64,000 bases of DNA from Cutibacterium namnetense (GCF_001642025.1 NZ_LWHO01000009.1:45156-109155), one strand, 5' to 3'; shown: positions 38,823-49,506, numbered from the stretch's first letter. Numbers and translations are program-made. Notes: generated from the letters alone by a model not told the origin.

Positions 38823-40306
38823 TGCTGCTCCTGGTTGGGGTCGGTGTTAGTGGCGTCAGCTAGCACGTCTCGCGCCGAGACGGGCACTTGTACGGGATAG
38901 ACGCCGTCAAAGCAGGCCCGACAGAGGTTGTCGGCGTCGACGTGGGTAGCACGAACGAGGCCGCCAAGGCTGACGTAGCCAAGTGAATCAGCGCCGATAG
39001 ATCGGCAGATGTCCTCGATCTCAAGGCCTGGGGCGATGAGCTGGGCGCGCGTAGCGAAGTCGATGCCATAGAAGCACGGCCACTGCACCGGCGGAGAAGA
39101 GATGCGCACATGCACCTCGGCCGCACCAGCCTCGCGCAGCATTCGGACAAGCTGACGCTGAGTATTGCCGCGCACGATGGAGTCATCGACGACGACGATG
39201 CGTCGTCCTTCGATGACGTCGCGCAGCGGATTGAGCTTGAGTCGGATACCCAGATTACGCAGAGTTTGAGAAGGCTGGATGAACGTCCGGCCCACATAAG
39301 AATTCTTGACCAGGCCCATGCCGTAGGGAATGCCGGACTCGTCGGCATAGCCGATGGCCGCCGGGGTGCCAGATTCTGGCACCGGAATGACGAGATCGGC
39401 ATCGGCGGGGTGTTCCTGGGCCAGAATCTTACCGATCTTGACGCGAACGTTGTGGATGCGTCGTCCGGCGATAACGGTGTCAGGGCGAGCCAGGTAAACG
39501 TACTCGAAGATGCACCCCTTGGGGTGAGCCTCAGCGAAACGGCTAGTGCGTAACCCAGCCGCGTCAATGGCGATCATCTCGCCGGGATCGATCTCGCGAA
39601 CGAAGGTGCCACCGACGATGTCGATAGCCGCAGTCTCGGAGGCGACCACCCACCCACTAGAAAGACGCCCCAGCACCAGCGGCCGGATGCCCTGCGGGTC
39701 ACGAGCAGCACACAGGGTGTGGTCGTCCATGAAGACGAGGCTAAAGGCACCCTGGAGGTGGGGCAGGACCTGGGTGGCGACCTCCTCAAGGGTGCCGTCA
39801 TAGGTCGTCATGAGGGCGGTCACCAGCGAGGTGTCGTTGCTTGAGTCCATCCGGTCCTTGTGGGGAACCTCGGTGTCCGGGGCGCGCTCAGCGATGAGAG
39901 CTTCAAGCGCGTCGGTGTTGGTGAGGTTGCCGTTGTGGGCCAGGGCCAGTCCACCACCACCGTGACGCGACCTGAATGTCGGCTGGGCGTTATCCCAGAT
40001 ACTCGCACCAGTCGTCGAATATCGGGTATGCCCGACTGCCATATGCCCCTGGAGGGAGTTAAGGGTGGTCTCGTCGAAAACCTGGGACACCAGCCCCATG
40101 TCCTTGAAGACCATCATTCGGCGACCGTCTGACACCGCCATGCCAGCTGATTCCTGGCCACGGTGTTGTAGGGCGTACATGCCGAAGTAGGTGAGTTTGG
40201 AGACCTCCTCACCGGGGGCGTAGATCCCGATGACGCCACAAGCGTCCTGGGGTCCGTGGTTCTGGGGGTCGAGGTCTGCGGTAAGCCTTCCGTCTGCGCG
40301 CGGCAC
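38819..40306 (-). CDS. purF: Amidophosphoribosyltransferase
   Basis: An N-terminal Ntn-hydrolase Cys (…DACGVIGIY), a PRTase domain (VVVDDSIVRGNT), and C-terminal 4Fe-4S Cys residues. Confidence 0.9.
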   Translation of the reverse strand: MPRADGRLTADLDPQNHGPQDACGVIGIYAPGEEVSKLTYFGMYALQHRGQESAGMAVSDGRRMMVFKDMGLVSQVFDETTLNSLQGHMAVGHTRYSTTGASIWDNAQPTFRSRHGGGGLALAHNGNLTNTDALEALIAERAPDTEVPHKDRMDSSNDTSLVTALMTTYDGTLEEVATQVLPHLQGAFSLVFMDDHTLCAARDPQGIRPLVLGRLSSGWVVASETAAIDIVGGTFVREIDPGEMIAIDAAGLRTSRFAEAHPKGCIFEYVYLARPDTVIAGRRIHNVRVKIGKILAQEHPADADLVIPVPESGTPAAIGYADESGIPYGMGLVKNSYVGRTFIQPSQTLRNLGIRLKLNPLRDVIEGRRIVVVDDSIVRGNTQRQLVRMLREAGAAEVHVRISSPPVQWPCFYGIDFATRAQLIAPGLEIEDICRSIGADSLGYVSLGGLVRATHVDADNLCRACFDGVYPVQVPVSARDVLADATNTDPNQEQQ

Positions 40307-40377
40307 GAAACCACGGTACCGCAGACCGGCCGACGACGCCCATGGATCCGGTTGGTGATGGTTAAAAGGCCGGCCTG

Positions 40378-41625
40378 TCAGCCCCTAGGCGGGATCACTT
40401 TCCGAGCCACTGGAACAGCCAACAGAATCGCAGCCACGCCGACACCAAAGGTCACCGCGTAGGCTGGGGTCGCGCCGCCCCAGTCGGCTAGACGCCCAGC
40501 CAGGGCCGTCCCGAAGGCATACCCGAGGCTGTTCATGGCTGCTAGCAGAGTCATGACGGTGCCGATCCGCCCAGCCGAGGCCGAGCGCTCTGCAACGCTG
40601 TACAGGGTGATCATGTACGGGGCTGCCGCCATACCGAGGATGATAAGGACCGGGACCAACGCCCCTAAATGATTGATCAACAGCAAAGGGGCTGCAAAGA
40701 GGGCCAGCCCAGCAGCGAAAAGACGCCACCTGGCCGCCAAGTCCAGACGATGAGCCAACCTTGGCAGGGCCAGCCCGGCAGCAGCGCTGCCCACCGAGAG
40801 CAGAGCGTGGAACAACCCCGCCAAACCTGGACGTCCAGCCTCGGCAGCAAGGCTGGTCGTGCCGGTCTGCACAGACCCGAACACCATGCCCATAAAGATC
40901 ATGCCGACGCAGGTGGCTGCGACGCCAGAGGTCAATAGCGGGCCGGGGCCACGACGATCTGACGGAGTGGCGACTGCGGCACGAGTCGTTCGGTCGGGAG
41001 GAGTCTCAAGGAGATTCGACGTCGGATCAAGGGCAAACCAGCTCCCCAGCACCAACAGCATGGCACCGGCGACGATAAGGCCCGGCACGGGACCGGCCAG
41101 CACAGCGAGGACGCCGACCGTGGCCGGGCCAAAAGCGAAGGAGGCTTCGTCAATGGCACCCTCCCAGGCAAAGGACGTTTCGAGGATGCCCGCCTCCATG
41201 GTGGGATTCGCCGCACCCATGGCACGCCAGCGGACCCTCGCCATCGTGCCAATCTGCGGCAGGAAGAATCCCGCTAAACCACCGATAGCAGCCACCACTG
41301 GCCAGCCTGCACCTATAACCGCAGCCAGCCCCTCACCGATCAAGGCTGCGCCACCGACAAGGGACTGTACAAGCAGGACCATGCGCTGACCGTGACGGTC
41401 CGTCAGAGCGCCAAAAAACGGGGAGCCAATAGCGATAGCCATGGCAACCATGCCAGCAGCCAGGCCACCAGGACCTAGCCGTCCCGATACCTGCGGGCTG
41501 GACACCAGCAACAGAGTGCCCAACTGGCTCATAGCTAGGGGTAGACGAGCCAGGGCGGAGACCATGACGAATGCCCTGCCAGGCAGCGAGAACAGGGTTC
41601 GGTAGCTCACGGAACCGGAGGACAT
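40378..41625 (-). CDS. MFS transporter
   Basis: A 415-aa protein with 12 TM helices and Gly/Ala-rich MFS-type helices. Confidence 0.75.
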   Translation of the reverse strand: MSSGSVSYRTLFSLPGRAFVMVSALARLPLAMSQLGTLLLVSSPQVSGRLGPGGLAAGMVAMAIAIGSPFFGALTDRHGQRMVLLVQSLVGGAALIGEGLAAVIGAGWPVVAAIGGLAGFFLPQIGTMARVRWRAMGAANPTMEAGILETSFAWEGAIDEASFAFGPATVGVLAVLAGPVPGLIVAGAMLLVLGSWFALDPTSNLLETPPDRTTRAAVATPSDRRGPGPLLTSGVAATCVGMIFMGMVFGSVQTGTTSLAAEAGRPGLAGLFHALLSVGSAAAGLALPRLAHRLDLAARWRLFAAGLALFAAPLLLINHLGALVPVLIILGMAAAPYMITLYSVAERSASAGRIGTVMTLLAAMNSLGYAFGTALAGRLADWGGATPAYAVTFGVGVAAILLAVPVARKVIPPRG

Positions 41626-41809
41626 GAGGCGGACCTCTCGATGATGGGGACAACGTGCTGTCCGCGTCTGCCCACCCTTCTGACGCGAATCCCGGTGATC
41701 GTCAAGTACACGGGGTAGCCCCCCGCTAGACGTCCCAGGCCCTGCCTATCGGCTCGGCCGACGGCAGGGCTATCCTACGCAGGAACGCCGCGCAGTGGAA
41801 CTTCGCCGC

Positions 41810-43153
41810 TCACTGGGCTAAGCCGGCAAGCATGAGGGCTTCAGTGAGGATCGCTCGACGAAAATCGCCCAGGTGCAGGGACTCGTCGATGCCATGCATA
41901 CGCGAATCAGGGTCAGTAACAGCAGTCACCAACACCGTCGCCTGGGGGAAGGCATGCTGCAGGTCGGTCACCAGCGGGATAGCGCCACCAGTGCCCATCT
42001 CGACCGGCTCCTGGCCCCACGCCAACTTGAAGGCCTCCTTGGCGACCTCAGCCCTGTCCCCCGTAAAGGGGACGACGCCCGGCTGTCCCAACTGGCCACG
42101 GGTCACCTGGATGTGAGCGCCAAACTCGACACGGGACTCCAGATGCTTGACCAACGCCTCCATAGCCTCGCCGGCATCTTGCCCGGGAGCGACACGCAGA
42201 CTGATCTTGGCCCGAGCGCTGGCAGGAAGGATGTTAATAGCGTCCTTGACCGGGGTGGCGTCAATAGCGATGACGGTGACCGAAGGCTTAGTCCACATCT
42301 TTTCGACGGCACGCCCTTGCCCAACCCACTGAACACCGTCGAGGACACCGGTCTCTTCACGTAGACGGTCCTCCGGGTAGTCCAGTTCGGGGCCCGCGAA
42401 CCCTTGCAACCCGTCGACGGTGACCTCACCGGTCTCGTCGTGGAGGGTGGCGATAAGTCGGCACAGAGTAGTCAAGGCGTCGGGCACGATGCCGCCGAAC
42501 TGGCCAGAATGCAGGGCGTGGTCGAGGGTAGAGACCTCCACCACACAGTCGACGACGCCACGCAGGGTGGTCGTCACGGAGGGGACGCCCTGCTCCCAGT
42601 TGACCGAATCGGCGACGACAATGACGTCAGCGGCCAGTGCGTCCTTGTGCTTGGCGATGATGGCCTCCATCGATGCCGAGCCGATCTCCTCCTCGCCCTC
42701 AACGAAGAGGGTGACGCCCACTGGAGGCTTGCCGTCAAAGGCACGAATAGCTGCCAAGTGGGCGGCAACGCCACCCTTGTCGTCGGCAGTGCCACGACCG
42801 TAAAGCCGCTCGCCCTTCGTGGTGGCGACGAAGGGTTCGGTGTGCCACTCGTCAAGGTTGCCGGTGGGTTGCACATCACCGTGAGAGTACAGCAGGACGG
42901 TGGGCATACCCTCAGGTGCCGGCCAATGAGCGATGACGGCGGGCAGACCCTCGTTCTCGGTGACGAGGGTGACGTCGGCAGCACCAGCCTCCTTGGCAGC
43001 GGCCGCAACGAACTCTGCCCCGGACCTCACATCGTCGGGCCGCTGAGAACTGACTGACTGGACTGCCACGTGACGCATGAGTTGCTCAACGGCGTCGTCG
43101 AAACCCGAATCAACCTTGGCAGACAAGTTCTTGAGAGCATGAGAAAGATCCAT
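41810..43153 (-). CDS. M20-family metallopeptidase (dipeptidase / DapE-like)
   Basis: HGDVQP, GRGTADDKGG and EGEEEIGS are the metal-ligand motifs. The start is placed at MDLSHALK...; the track ORF extends to 43267. Confidence 0.8.
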   Translation of the reverse strand: MDLSHALKNLSAKVDSGFDDAVEQLMRHVAVQSVSSQRPDDVRSGAEFVAAAAKEAGAADVTLVTENEGLPAVIAHWPAPEGMPTVLLYSHGDVQPTGNLDEWHTEPFVATTKGERLYGRGTADDKGGVAAHLAAIRAFDGKPPVGVTLFVEGEEEIGSASMEAIIAKHKDALAADVIVVADSVNWEQGVPSVTTTLRGVVDCVVEVSTLDHALHSGQFGGIVPDALTTLCRLIATLHDETGEVTVDGLQGFAGPELDYPEDRLREETGVLDGVQWVGQGRAVEKMWTKPSVTVIAIDATPVKDAINILPASARAKISLRVAPGQDAGEAMEALVKHLESRVEFGAHIQVTRGQLGQPGVVPFTGDRAEVAKEAFKLAWGQEPVEMGTGGAIPLVTDLQHAFPQATVLVTAVTDPDSRMHGIDESLHLGDFRRAILTEALMLAGLAQ

Positions 43154-43292
43154 GATCAAAGTGTAGAGCCGCCGCCGTGACGGAGCGCCGGATCGTGAGG
43201 CAGTCGCATGCCCGGCTCCTCCATACCTCGGGCAGCCGGGGTGCTCACCGAGGCAGGTTGGGCCCAACCCCCGAGGGTTAGGCCCTCATCGG

Positions 43293-44060
43293 TCAATTCC
43301 CGTGACCTTGGCCAATGAGGGGGGCAAGGACGTCCATGGGCAGCGGAAACACAACCGTCGAATTCTGATCGGCTCCGAGCTCGAGAAGCGTCTGCAAGTA
43401 TCGCAGCTGCAGCGAGGCCGGGCTCTTCGACAGTTCGTCGGCGGCCTGCCGTAACTCACTTGACGCTTGCATCTCGCCGCGCGCGTTAATGACCTTCGCT
43501 CGCCGTTCCCGCTCCGCCTCCGCCTCACGGGCCATGGCCCGCTGCATCGCCTCCGGGATCTCCACGTCCTTGATCTCCACGACGGACACATCAACACCCC
43601 ACGGGTGCGTCTGCACCTCGATGATCTCACGCAGATCTGTGTTGAGATCCTCCCGATGGGCGAGGAGCGTGTCGAGATCCGCTCGACCCAGGACGCTTCG
43701 CAACGTCGTCTGAGCAATCTGACTCGTCGCAATCGCGTAGTTCTCCACGTTCATAACGGCGCTCATGGGATCGGTCACATTGAACAGGACGACGGCATTG
43801 ACACGTGCCGGCACGTTGTCCCGGGTGATGATCTCCTGGGGCGGGATCGTCAGAGTCACGGTGCGTTGGTCGACCCTGTGCAGCTTGTCGAGGCCAGGAA
43901 AAATGAACACGAGCCCGGACCCGTGCAAACCCCGCAGTTTGCCGAACCGGAAGACGACGCCGCGCTCATATTCTGGGATGATCTTGAAGCTCGACACCAA
44001 AAACCCGATGACGAAGATGACGATCGCGATCGTCGTGAAGATCCATTCGATATTACTCAT
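43293..44060 (-). CDS. SPFH/band-7 (stomatin-like) protein
   Basis: An N-terminal TM helix, an SPFH core (…YERGVVFRFGKL…) and a coiled-coil ARE-rich tail. Its ATG overlaps the stop of the upstream gene. Confidence 0.85.
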   Translation of the reverse strand: MSNIEWIFTTIAIVIFVIGFLVSSFKIIPEYERGVVFRFGKLRGLHGSGLVFIFPGLDKLHRVDQRTVTLTIPPQEIITRDNVPARVNAVVLFNVTDPMSAVMNVENYAIATSQIAQTTLRSVLGRADLDTLLAHREDLNTDLREIIEVQTHPWGVDVSVVEIKDVEIPEAMQRAMAREAEAERERRAKVINARGEMQASSELRQAADELSKSPASLQLRYLQTLLELGADQNSTVVFPLPMDVLAPLIGQGHGN

Positions 44061-44854
44061 GTTCTGCTCCTGCCGGCGTCGACGTCGTCGGTACCTCGGT
44101 AGTATCTGCGCCGGTCAAACGCGCTCCGTGCCTCGGCCTCGGCCACCGCTGCCTGCTCGACCGAGCGATACCGGGTCCGATCAGACCTCCAGCGGGCTCC
44201 GTACCGGGCAATGAGGCGATCGGCTTCGTCACCTGCCCGGTCGGTCGTCGCCTGCCCATGAACGCCCAGCACCCGGACACGACCATCGTCGTGCGTCGTC
44301 CCGGCATCCGATACCGATGCCTCCAGTGGCAGCCCTTCCGGGATGTCCACCGGACGATGGCGCATGGACGCAGCGGTGGGAACAAGAGCCAGTCCGACGA
44401 TGGCGATGGTCACCACTAGAGCGAGCACCTCCGCCACTGATCGTGCCACAAAGAACATGCCGACCGGCAGGGCCAGCGCCGCAACCATGACGCATACCGT
44501 CATGCCGCGATGGAACAGCCCGGCCTCGGAGTACGGCCACGGGTCGACGGGCATAGTCACCTCACGTGCCGACATCGTCGGCGAGCAGGTGTCCTTAATG
44601 GGGCACCGACCGCAGATTTCGTGTTGACCGCGGTACCTCACGACCCGCTTCTGCGGATCAAAGCTCGCAGGCCACAGCCAGTGATCCTCATGACACTTCC
44701 ATCCGTCCCGATCGTCGTGGTAGATGAAGTTCGTCGTCTTCCACTCTCGACTCATCCGGGCACCGTGGCGCCCCAGGACATCGAGCAACCAGGCCACCAC
44801 AAGCAAGACAAGGGAATAGGAACAGGCAAGCACCACCTGGAGGGAGGAGCTCAC
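44057..44854 (-). CDS. Membrane protein, putative NfeD-like partner of the SPFH protein
   Basis: TM helices, a Cys-rich segment (CHEDHW...CGRCPIKDTC) and a C-terminal β-rich tail (...RVRVLGVHGQAT) resembling the NfeD OB-fold. It is translationally coupled to both neighbours (ATGA overlaps). Confidence 0.35.
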   Translation of the reverse strand: MSSSLQVVLACSYSLVLLVVAWLLDVLGRHGARMSREWKTTNFIYHDDRDGWKCHEDHWLWPASFDPQKRVVRYRGQHEICGRCPIKDTCSPTMSAREVTMPVDPWPYSEAGLFHRGMTVCVMVAALALPVGMFFVARSVAEVLALVVTIAIVGLALVPTAASMRHRPVDIPEGLPLEASVSDAGTTHDDGRVRVLGVHGQATTDRAGDEADRLIARYGARWRSDRTRYRSVEQAAVAEAEARSAFDRRRYYRGTDDVDAGRSRT

Positions 44855-47190
44855 CTCGACACCTCCGGCAACCGGTCGCGTCCTTGCTCATCCGGGGCTT
44901 CCTCGACAAAGAGCCGCTCCACCGGCAGCTCATCAACGGTCCTCCCCTGCCGGTGGTGCATCAATCCCTGGAATGCCATCCACAAGAACGGCAATACCCC
45001 GCCGATGATGAAGACGAGGTCCCCCGGCATGCGGAGCCACTCGAGGACGACGTTGCGATGCTCGGTGATGTAGTTGAGCTGCCGAGCCTCGAAATAGCCA
45101 GCGTCAACCGAGTGGTATAGCTGCAGGATGCCGAGCGGCAGGAGGGTGACGAAGACCATCCAGGCGAGTCCGATGTTCGTACACCAGAACGAGATCTTCG
45201 CCAGCTTGTCGCTCCATTTGTCTTCGGGAATGAGGTACCTCAGCGCGAACATCGCCAACGCCATAGCCATCATCCCGTAGACGCCCATCATCGCCCCATG
45301 CGCATGGTTGGCAGTGAGGGCGGTGCCAATCTCGTAGTAGGACACAATCGGCAGGTTAATGAGGAATCCGAAGACACCGGCACCGACGAAATTCCAAAAC
45401 CCGACCGCGACTAGGAACATCACTGTCCAGCGATGCGGGAACGGCGTCGACGACCGCGATTCGCGCCGGGCTCCGAGCTGCATGAATCCCCACGCCTCAA
45501 CCGTGAGGAATGTCAGCGGGATAACCTCCGCAGCCGAGAAGAAGGCGCCAATGGCCATGTGTGCGCTCGGGGTGCCCGAGAAATACAGGTGGTGCATGGT
45601 GCCGAGCACCCCACCAGCCGAATAGAGGATGACGTCCATGTAGATGACGCCCAATGCCACCTTCTCACGGACGACACCGAGCATGACGAAGATGTACGCC
45701 ACCATGACGGTGGTGAAGAGCTCAAGGAAGTCCTCTACCCAAAGGTGGACCACCCAGAAGCGCCAGAACTCGGCCACCGACAGCTGGGTGTGCGTCCCGG
45801 CGAGGAGACCCACGGCATAGAACATTGGGATCGACAGGGCCGAGAAGAAAAACACCCACGGCATATTGCCGACCGATTCGGTTCTCATCCGGGTATGCAT
45901 GGCACGCCAAATGATGAACACCCACAGGAACATGCCGAGGGTGAGGAGGAGCTGAAACAGCTTCGGCAGGTCGATGTACTCCCACTGCTCGCCAAAGACC
46001 GGACCCTTGGCCCACGAGACTCCGTAGACCGACAACGCCTCACTTATGAGGGAGCCGAACACGACAAACGCCACTGCCCCAAGCAGCACGTAAGTCAGCA
46101 CGTGCTGCTTCTTGGGCTCCTTACCCGAGACGAACGGAGCCAGAAAGACTCCGCCGGCAAGGAAGGCTGCCGCCGTCCAAAACAACGCCAACTGGACATG
46201 CCAGGTTCGGGCAAGGTTATAGGGCAGCCAGGTCGCGAGATCGAACCCGAAGAAGCTCGAGATATCAGCGCGGTAGTGCTCTGCTGCGGCACCGACAAGA
46301 GTCTGGACGAGGAAGAGCGCGGCGATGACGAAGAAGAACCATGCCGTGGCGCGTTGTGACTTGGTGAGCCCAACCTGGCTGGGACGGATGAAGCTCAGTG
46401 ACGGAGTCTCCGACTCGTGCCAGCCGATGTTCTTGCTCCAGCGCCCATATATTGCGAACATGACTCCAGTACCGCCGATGAGGACGATGAGGGAGAGCCC
46501 CGACCAGACGACCATGTCGGCTGTGGGATGATTCGCCACGGTCGGGTCCGCCGGCCAATTGTTCGTGTACGAATAACTGTGCCCGGGCCGATCTGCGGCT
46601 GAGCCCCATGCGGTCCACGCGAAGAAGTCGGTCAATTGCCTAGCTTGCGCCGGGTCCTTGACGTCGTGGGCCAGGAGACCGAGGTTGTGCGAGTTGCTCC
46701 CGAAATATGTCGTGTAGTGGGAGACGAGATGACGGTACGCGGCAGTCTGCTGGCTTGACAGCACGAGCACACCGGTGCGGGAATCGTAGCGATTTGTACG
46801 CCAGTCCTTGATATTGGCCTGATGCGGCTGACTCTCCCCGGCTTTGATTCGAGTGTCCAAGGTAAACGTCGCGGCACGACGCAGGTAGTCAGCGGTGAAG
46901 TCGGGGCCAAGATACCCACCGTGACCGACGATGGAGCCATACTCCATGAGGCCTCGATTATTGAACGTTTCCTGCCCGGCAACGATGTCGTCATGAGTGA
47001 ACAGCACCTCACCGGTAGTGGAAACCACCTTGTCAGGTATGGGTATGGAGTCGTTGTAGGTGTGATACGCGAGGATTCCCATCACCGTAAACCCGAGGAC
47101 CATCACAAGGGCGATGCCTTGGACCCACCCCTTGCTGACGACCATCGGTCGACGACGAGTCGCCTCTGGTTTCTTGTCTCCATTGCCCAT
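44851..47190 (-). CDS. norB: Quinol-dependent nitric oxide reductase (qNOR, NorB/NorZ)
   Basis: A 779-aa heme-copper oxidase superfamily protein with an N-terminal extension. His ligand motifs include HHLYF and HAHGAMMG, and there are 14 or more TM helices. Confidence 0.85.
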   Translation of the reverse strand: MGNGDKKPEATRRRPMVVSKGWVQGIALVMVLGFTVMGILAYHTYNDSIPIPDKVVSTTGEVLFTHDDIVAGQETFNNRGLMEYGSIVGHGGYLGPDFTADYLRRAATFTLDTRIKAGESQPHQANIKDWRTNRYDSRTGVLVLSSQQTAAYRHLVSHYTTYFGSNSHNLGLLAHDVKDPAQARQLTDFFAWTAWGSAADRPGHSYSYTNNWPADPTVANHPTADMVVWSGLSLIVLIGGTGVMFAIYGRWSKNIGWHESETPSLSFIRPSQVGLTKSQRATAWFFFVIAALFLVQTLVGAAAEHYRADISSFFGFDLATWLPYNLARTWHVQLALFWTAAAFLAGGVFLAPFVSGKEPKKQHVLTYVLLGAVAFVVFGSLISEALSVYGVSWAKGPVFGEQWEYIDLPKLFQLLLTLGMFLWVFIIWRAMHTRMRTESVGNMPWVFFFSALSIPMFYAVGLLAGTHTQLSVAEFWRFWVVHLWVEDFLELFTTVMVAYIFVMLGVVREKVALGVIYMDVILYSAGGVLGTMHHLYFSGTPSAHMAIGAFFSAAEVIPLTFLTVEAWGFMQLGARRESRSSTPFPHRWTVMFLVAVGFWNFVGAGVFGFLINLPIVSYYEIGTALTANHAHGAMMGVYGMMAMALAMFALRYLIPEDKWSDKLAKISFWCTNIGLAWMVFVTLLPLGILQLYHSVDAGYFEARQLNYITEHRNVVLEWLRMPGDLVFIIGGVLPFLWMAFQGLMHHRQGRTVDELPVERLFVEEAPDEQGRDRLPEVSR

Positions 47191-47345
47191 GGCGCAAGCC
47201 TATCGTTATTAACGATATAATCATCAATAAAGGATGAGCGTGTCCTCCCAGCCAGGGCACGATTTCAGGACAGCCCGTCTCGCAGCGCGGCCCTATCCTT
47301 GTGCTAGCGCTTGAGCACTGCAGTGGATGTCACCGAGGAGGGCCT

Positions 47346-49442
47346 GTGATCCTACTGGTGGACAACCACGACTCCTTCACCTTCAACCTTGCACACCTGC
47401 TGGCCGAAGCCAGCGGAATCGCGCCGGTGGTAGTCCGCCCCGAGGAGGTCGAGCGTGAGGGGATCCTTCGCCGATTGGCTGACGGCGAATTCGATCACGT
47501 GGTCATCGGACCCGGCCCTGGCACCCCGTGCAGCGACGAGGATTTCGAGATCGCTGATGAGGTGATCGATGCCTCCAGCGAGCTCCCGCTACTCGGGGTA
47601 TGCCTGGGCCACCAAGGCCTCGGGCTGCGGCACGGTGCCCAGTTACAGACCATTCAGCCCCACCACGGCATCGTGAGCCGGATCCATCACTCCGGGCACG
47701 GGATCTTCGCCGGATTGCCGCAGGGTTTCGAGGCGACCCGGTATCACTCGCTGTGCCTGACCATGTTGGGGGATCAGGTCGTCGAGCACGCTCGTGCCGA
47801 CGACGGCACCATCATGGCGTTCAAGGTTGCCGACCGGCCACATTGGGGTGTGCAGTTCCACCCAGAATCGGTGATGACGCAGGTCGGACGTCAGTTGGCC
47901 ACAAACTTCCTCGCGACTGGCAGCCAGCCCCGGCGTAGCGCAGTGCACAAAAAACGCGAACCAGGCAACTCCCAGTCACGGGAAGGTCTTCAAACTACGA
48001 CACGGTGGAAAATCCACCACCGAGCGGTGGAGATCGACCTCGACGAAGAAGCCACCTTCGGCCACCTAGCTGGCGACGGTGACGCCTTCTGGTTAGATTC
48101 GGCCGCCACACATGGCGACACCGGCCGCTGGAGTGTCATGGGCACAGCGCTAGGGACGGCGTCCGAACTGGTCAGTTACGACGTCACCACAAACACCCTG
48201 ACGGTCAACGGGCGAACCCAGCCCGGAGATGTGCTGAACTTCCTGGAACACCGCCTTGCGGATGGGACGTTACAAAGGGATCCCGGACTGGGTGATATCC
48301 CATTCGTAGGTGGCTACGTCGGCTTCCTGGGCTATGAATGCAAGGCGCTGACCTTAGGTCCGAATGCCCACTGCAGCGAGCTGCCCGACGCCATGTGGCT
48401 GCGCCCGGCCAGCTGGATTGCATACGACCACTACCGGCACCACGCTCACCTCCTAGCCTTGGTAGATCGCGACACACTAGGCGGCGACGAAGCCGCTGAT
48501 CTGTTGGACGCACTAGCGGCGACGCTGGTGGTGCGCCCAGGGGACAGCGAAAGCCCCACACCGCGGACCGCTCCCGTGGAAGGATCGTGGCGGCTCAGTC
48601 AAGGGGATTACCAGGATCGTATCCTTGCAATCCAGCGGGCGCTGGCGCGGGGCGACTCGTACGAGGCCTGTCTCACCGACACGTGGACTACTCAGTGCGA
48701 CGTGGACGGCTGGCGGCTGTACCGCACGCTGCGGCGTCGAAACCCAGCCCCCTACGGGGCGTATCTTCGGTTCACCGACCCGCGGGTGGAGGTGTGCTCT
48801 TCATCCCCGGAACGGTTCCTGCGAGTCCGCGACGGCATCGCCGAGTCCAAGCCGATCAAGGGGACGATCGCCCGCTGTGATGATCCGGTGGAAGACGCCC
48901 GGCGAGTCGTCGAGCTACAAACTGACGCGAAAAACCGTGCCGAAAACCTTATGATTGCCGATCTGGTGCGCAACGACCTGTCGCGCGTGTGCCAACCAGG
49001 CACGGTGGAGGTACCACGTCTGATGGCAATCGAGACATATGAGACGGTGCACCAAATGGTGACCACGGTGCGCGGGCGACTACGCGCAGACGCCAGACTG
49101 GTCGACGTACTGCGAGCGACCTTCCCTGGCGGATCAATGACCGGGGCGCCCAAGGAACGATCTGTGGAGATTCTGGACAGCCTGGAAGCCGGCTCACGGG
49201 GAATCTACTCGGGAATACTGGGATACCTCGGACTCGATCGCACTGCCGACCTCAGCATCGTGATCCGGACGTTGGTTCGAGCAGGGAAGCAGGTAACGGT
49301 CGGTGCCGGCGGCGCAATCGTCGCAGCCTCCCAGCCCGACGCGGAGTGGCGCGAGAAAAACCTCAAAGCCGCGGCGCCGCTAGCTGCGCTGACGGAGGCG
49401 ATGCAAGCGTTCCACCAGCCTGAAGATGACCCAGCGACGTAG
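47346..49442 (+). CDS. pabAB: Aminodeoxychorismate synthase, fused glutamine amidotransferase and PabB components
   Basis: The N-terminal class-I GATase carries GVCLGHQ and HPES. The C-terminal half carries SPERF, PGGSMTGAPK and RGIYSG. The GTG start follows GAGGAGG. Confidence 0.85.
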   Translation: MILLVDNHDSFTFNLAHLLAEASGIAPVVVRPEEVEREGILRRLADGEFDHVVIGPGPGTPCSDEDFEIADEVIDASSELPLLGVCLGHQGLGLRHGAQLQTIQPHHGIVSRIHHSGHGIFAGLPQGFEATRYHSLCLTMLGDQVVEHARADDGTIMAFKVADRPHWGVQFHPESVMTQVGRQLATNFLATGSQPRRSAVHKKREPGNSQSREGLQTTTRWKIHHRAVEIDLDEEATFGHLAGDGDAFWLDSAATHGDTGRWSVMGTALGTASELVSYDVTTNTLTVNGRTQPGDVLNFLEHRLADGTLQRDPGLGDIPFVGGYVGFLGYECKALTLGPNAHCSELPDAMWLRPASWIAYDHYRHHAHLLALVDRDTLGGDEAADLLDALAATLVVRPGDSESPTPRTAPVEGSWRLSQGDYQDRILAIQRALARGDSYEACLTDTWTTQCDVDGWRLYRTLRRRNPAPYGAYLRFTDPRVEVCSSSPERFLRVRDGIAESKPIKGTIARCDDPVEDARRVVELQTDAKNRAENLMIADLVRNDLSRVCQPGTVEVPRLMAIETYETVHQMVTTVRGRLRADARLVDVLRATFPGGSMTGAPKERSVEILDSLEAGSRGIYSGILGYLGLDRTADLSIVIRTLVRAGKQVTVGAGGAIVAASQPDAEWREKNLKAAAPLAALTEAMQAFHQPEDDPAT

Positions 49443-49506
49443 CCGTTCCCGTACGCGAAAACCGCTTTTACCGCATACGTGTGATCGCCCCGAACCTGAG
49501 CTCCCG

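Noticed and set aside
49443-49506. An imperfect hairpin (CGTACGCG ... CGCATACG) between the convergent pabAB and purL genes, considered as a terminator.
   Set aside because: The stem has a mismatch and no U-tract. Too weak to call.
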